Part shown: positions 34,567-35,434 of the stretch, piece after piece
Layout of the letters: each line of letters begins with the position of its first letter
How positions within the stretch are numbered: the first letter of the stretch is position 1
Source of the DNA: Candidatus Micrarchaeota archaeon
GTDB taxonomy: Archaea > Micrarchaeota > Micrarchaeia > Micrarchaeales > Micrarchaeaceae
Direction of reading: 5' to 3'
DNA: 35,434 nucleotides
Assembly (NCBI GenBank): GCA_021797575.1
Contig: JAJZZN010000014.1
Location: forward strand, 1-35,434
The notes under the pieces: model-generated
What the model was told of the DNA's origin: nothing
Database searches by the model: none
The model's input: the letters and a program-made list of their open reading frames with translations, nothing else
Program-made: the position numbers and the translations under genes

Positions 34567-35434
34567 ATGCCAGATGCATGGGAACAGCTGGGCCCGTATA
34601 GCGTGCTGCTGAATACGAAGGCGGTGGAGCCAAGGGCTTACCAGATAAACATATCTAAAAGGACAGCTTCTGGCAGGAACTTTCTGGTAATACTGCCTAC
34701 GGGCCTCGGAAAGACGCTCATAGCTGCGATAAACATGGCACGCGTGCTCTATGGGGGCAAGCGCGTCCTTATGGTAGCGCCAACCAAGCCGCTCAGCGAA
34801 CAGCATTACCATACCCTGTCCAACTTGCTCAACATGGATAAGGAATCAATTTTGCTGCTCACGGGAGGCATACGCGCCAAGGAGCGCTATGCATTTGAAG
34901 CTAGCGCTAGGATAATCGTTGCAACGCCGCAGACCGTTGCGAACGACATGAAGAAGGCGAGGCTTGACCTATCCGACTTTGGGTTAGTGGTAATAGACGA
35001 GTGCCACAAGGCAGTGGGCAAATACGCATATACCTACATAGCTGACGAATGCAAGCTCAACGGTGTGCAGATTATAGGGCTGACGGCTTCGCCCGGCAGC
35101 GACAAGAAGAAGATAAACAGGCTTGTCGACACGCTAGGCATACAGGACATTGAAATAAGGACCGCCATAGACCCCGATGTCACTCCATATGTGATGGACA
35201 AGTACACGGAAGTGATATACGTCGACATGGGCAGCACCGTCGAGCGCATAACCTCAATGATAAAGCCGATAATAGATGAGCACCTGGCCAAACTGTACGG
35301 CATAGGTCTGAGCCCATTCAAAAAGTACGACAACCTGCCGAAGAGGCGGCTGCTCGCCATAGGCGACAGCATAAACAGGATAGAGGCGAAGAACTACCGC
35401 TTCATGGCCCTGTTCAACTACGTGTACGTGCTTG
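34567..35434 (+). CDS. hef: Hef (FANCM/Mph1-like) helicase-nuclease, N-terminal helicase part; 3'-truncated by window edge
   Basis: ...EPRAYQINI...NFLVILPTGLGKTLIAAINMARVLYGGKRVLMVAPTKPLSEQH...IIVATPQTVANDM...LVVIDECHKAVGKYAYTYIA...IIGLTASPGS... is nearly collinear with the Pyrococcus Hef motifs I, Ia, II and III as I recall them. The ORF runs off the window end, so it is absent from the ORF track. Confidence 0.85.
   Translation, partial: MPDAWEQLGPYSVLLNTKAVEPRAYQINISKRTASGRNFLVILPTGLGKTLIAAINMARVLYGGKRVLMVAPTKPLSEQHYHTLSNLLNMDKESILLLTGGIRAKERYAFEASARIIVATPQTVANDMKKARLDLSDFGLVVIDECHKAVGKYAYTYIADECKLNGVQIIGLTASPGSDKKKINRLVDTLGIQDIEIRTAIDPDVTPYVMDKYTEVIYVDMGSTVERITSMIKPIIDEHLAKLYGIGLSPFKKYDNLPKRRLLAIGDSINRIEAKNYRFMALFNYVYVL

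Noticed and set aside
1-35434. Search for CRISPR arrays, IS elements, integrases or long direct/inverted repeats
   Set aside because: I found no regularly spaced direct repeats, no transposase or integrase-like ORF, and no terminal inverted repeats. The region near tRNA-Phe has no recombinase gene. This scan was done by eye, so short degenerate repeats could have been missed.

Overview
This looks like an archaeal chromosomal segment, probably from a euryarchaeon with Thermoplasma-like codon usage (frequent ATA and AGG, roughly 45-50% GC by eye). Archaeal hallmarks are an archaeal-type S-adenosylmethionine synthetase, aIF5B, Alba, RNA polymerase subunit Rpo4/F, a Hef helicase, an archaeal AspRS and two intron-containing tRNAs. 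Gene density is high. I call 40 protein-coding genes, three tRNAs (tRNA-CAU with a ~45-nt intron, tRNA-Val(CAC), tRNA-Phe(GAA) with a ~29-nt intron), one T-rich terminator and one palindromic candidate operator. I see no rRNA, CRISPR array, IS element or large repeat. Housekeeping genes make up most of the window. The less ordinary regions are four. (1) A five-gene minus-strand type IV pilus-like operon at 979-6653 led by a wHTH plus long coiled-coil protein. It carries two separate single-domain T2SSF platform genes (TadB/TadC-like rather than one fused FlaJ) and no pilin gene, and converges on a LamG-domain surface protein. (2) A MoxR AAA+ ATPase whose stop is 4 bp upstream of a class III signal peptide (type IV pilin-like) protein. 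(3) A tRNA-Phe-adjacent pair of a DEDDh exonuclease and an orphan AbiEii-like nucleotidyltransferase. (4) A translationally coupled small membrane protein plus DUF45/M48 metallopeptidase unit. All functional calls are from motifs recognised by eye; no database search was run.
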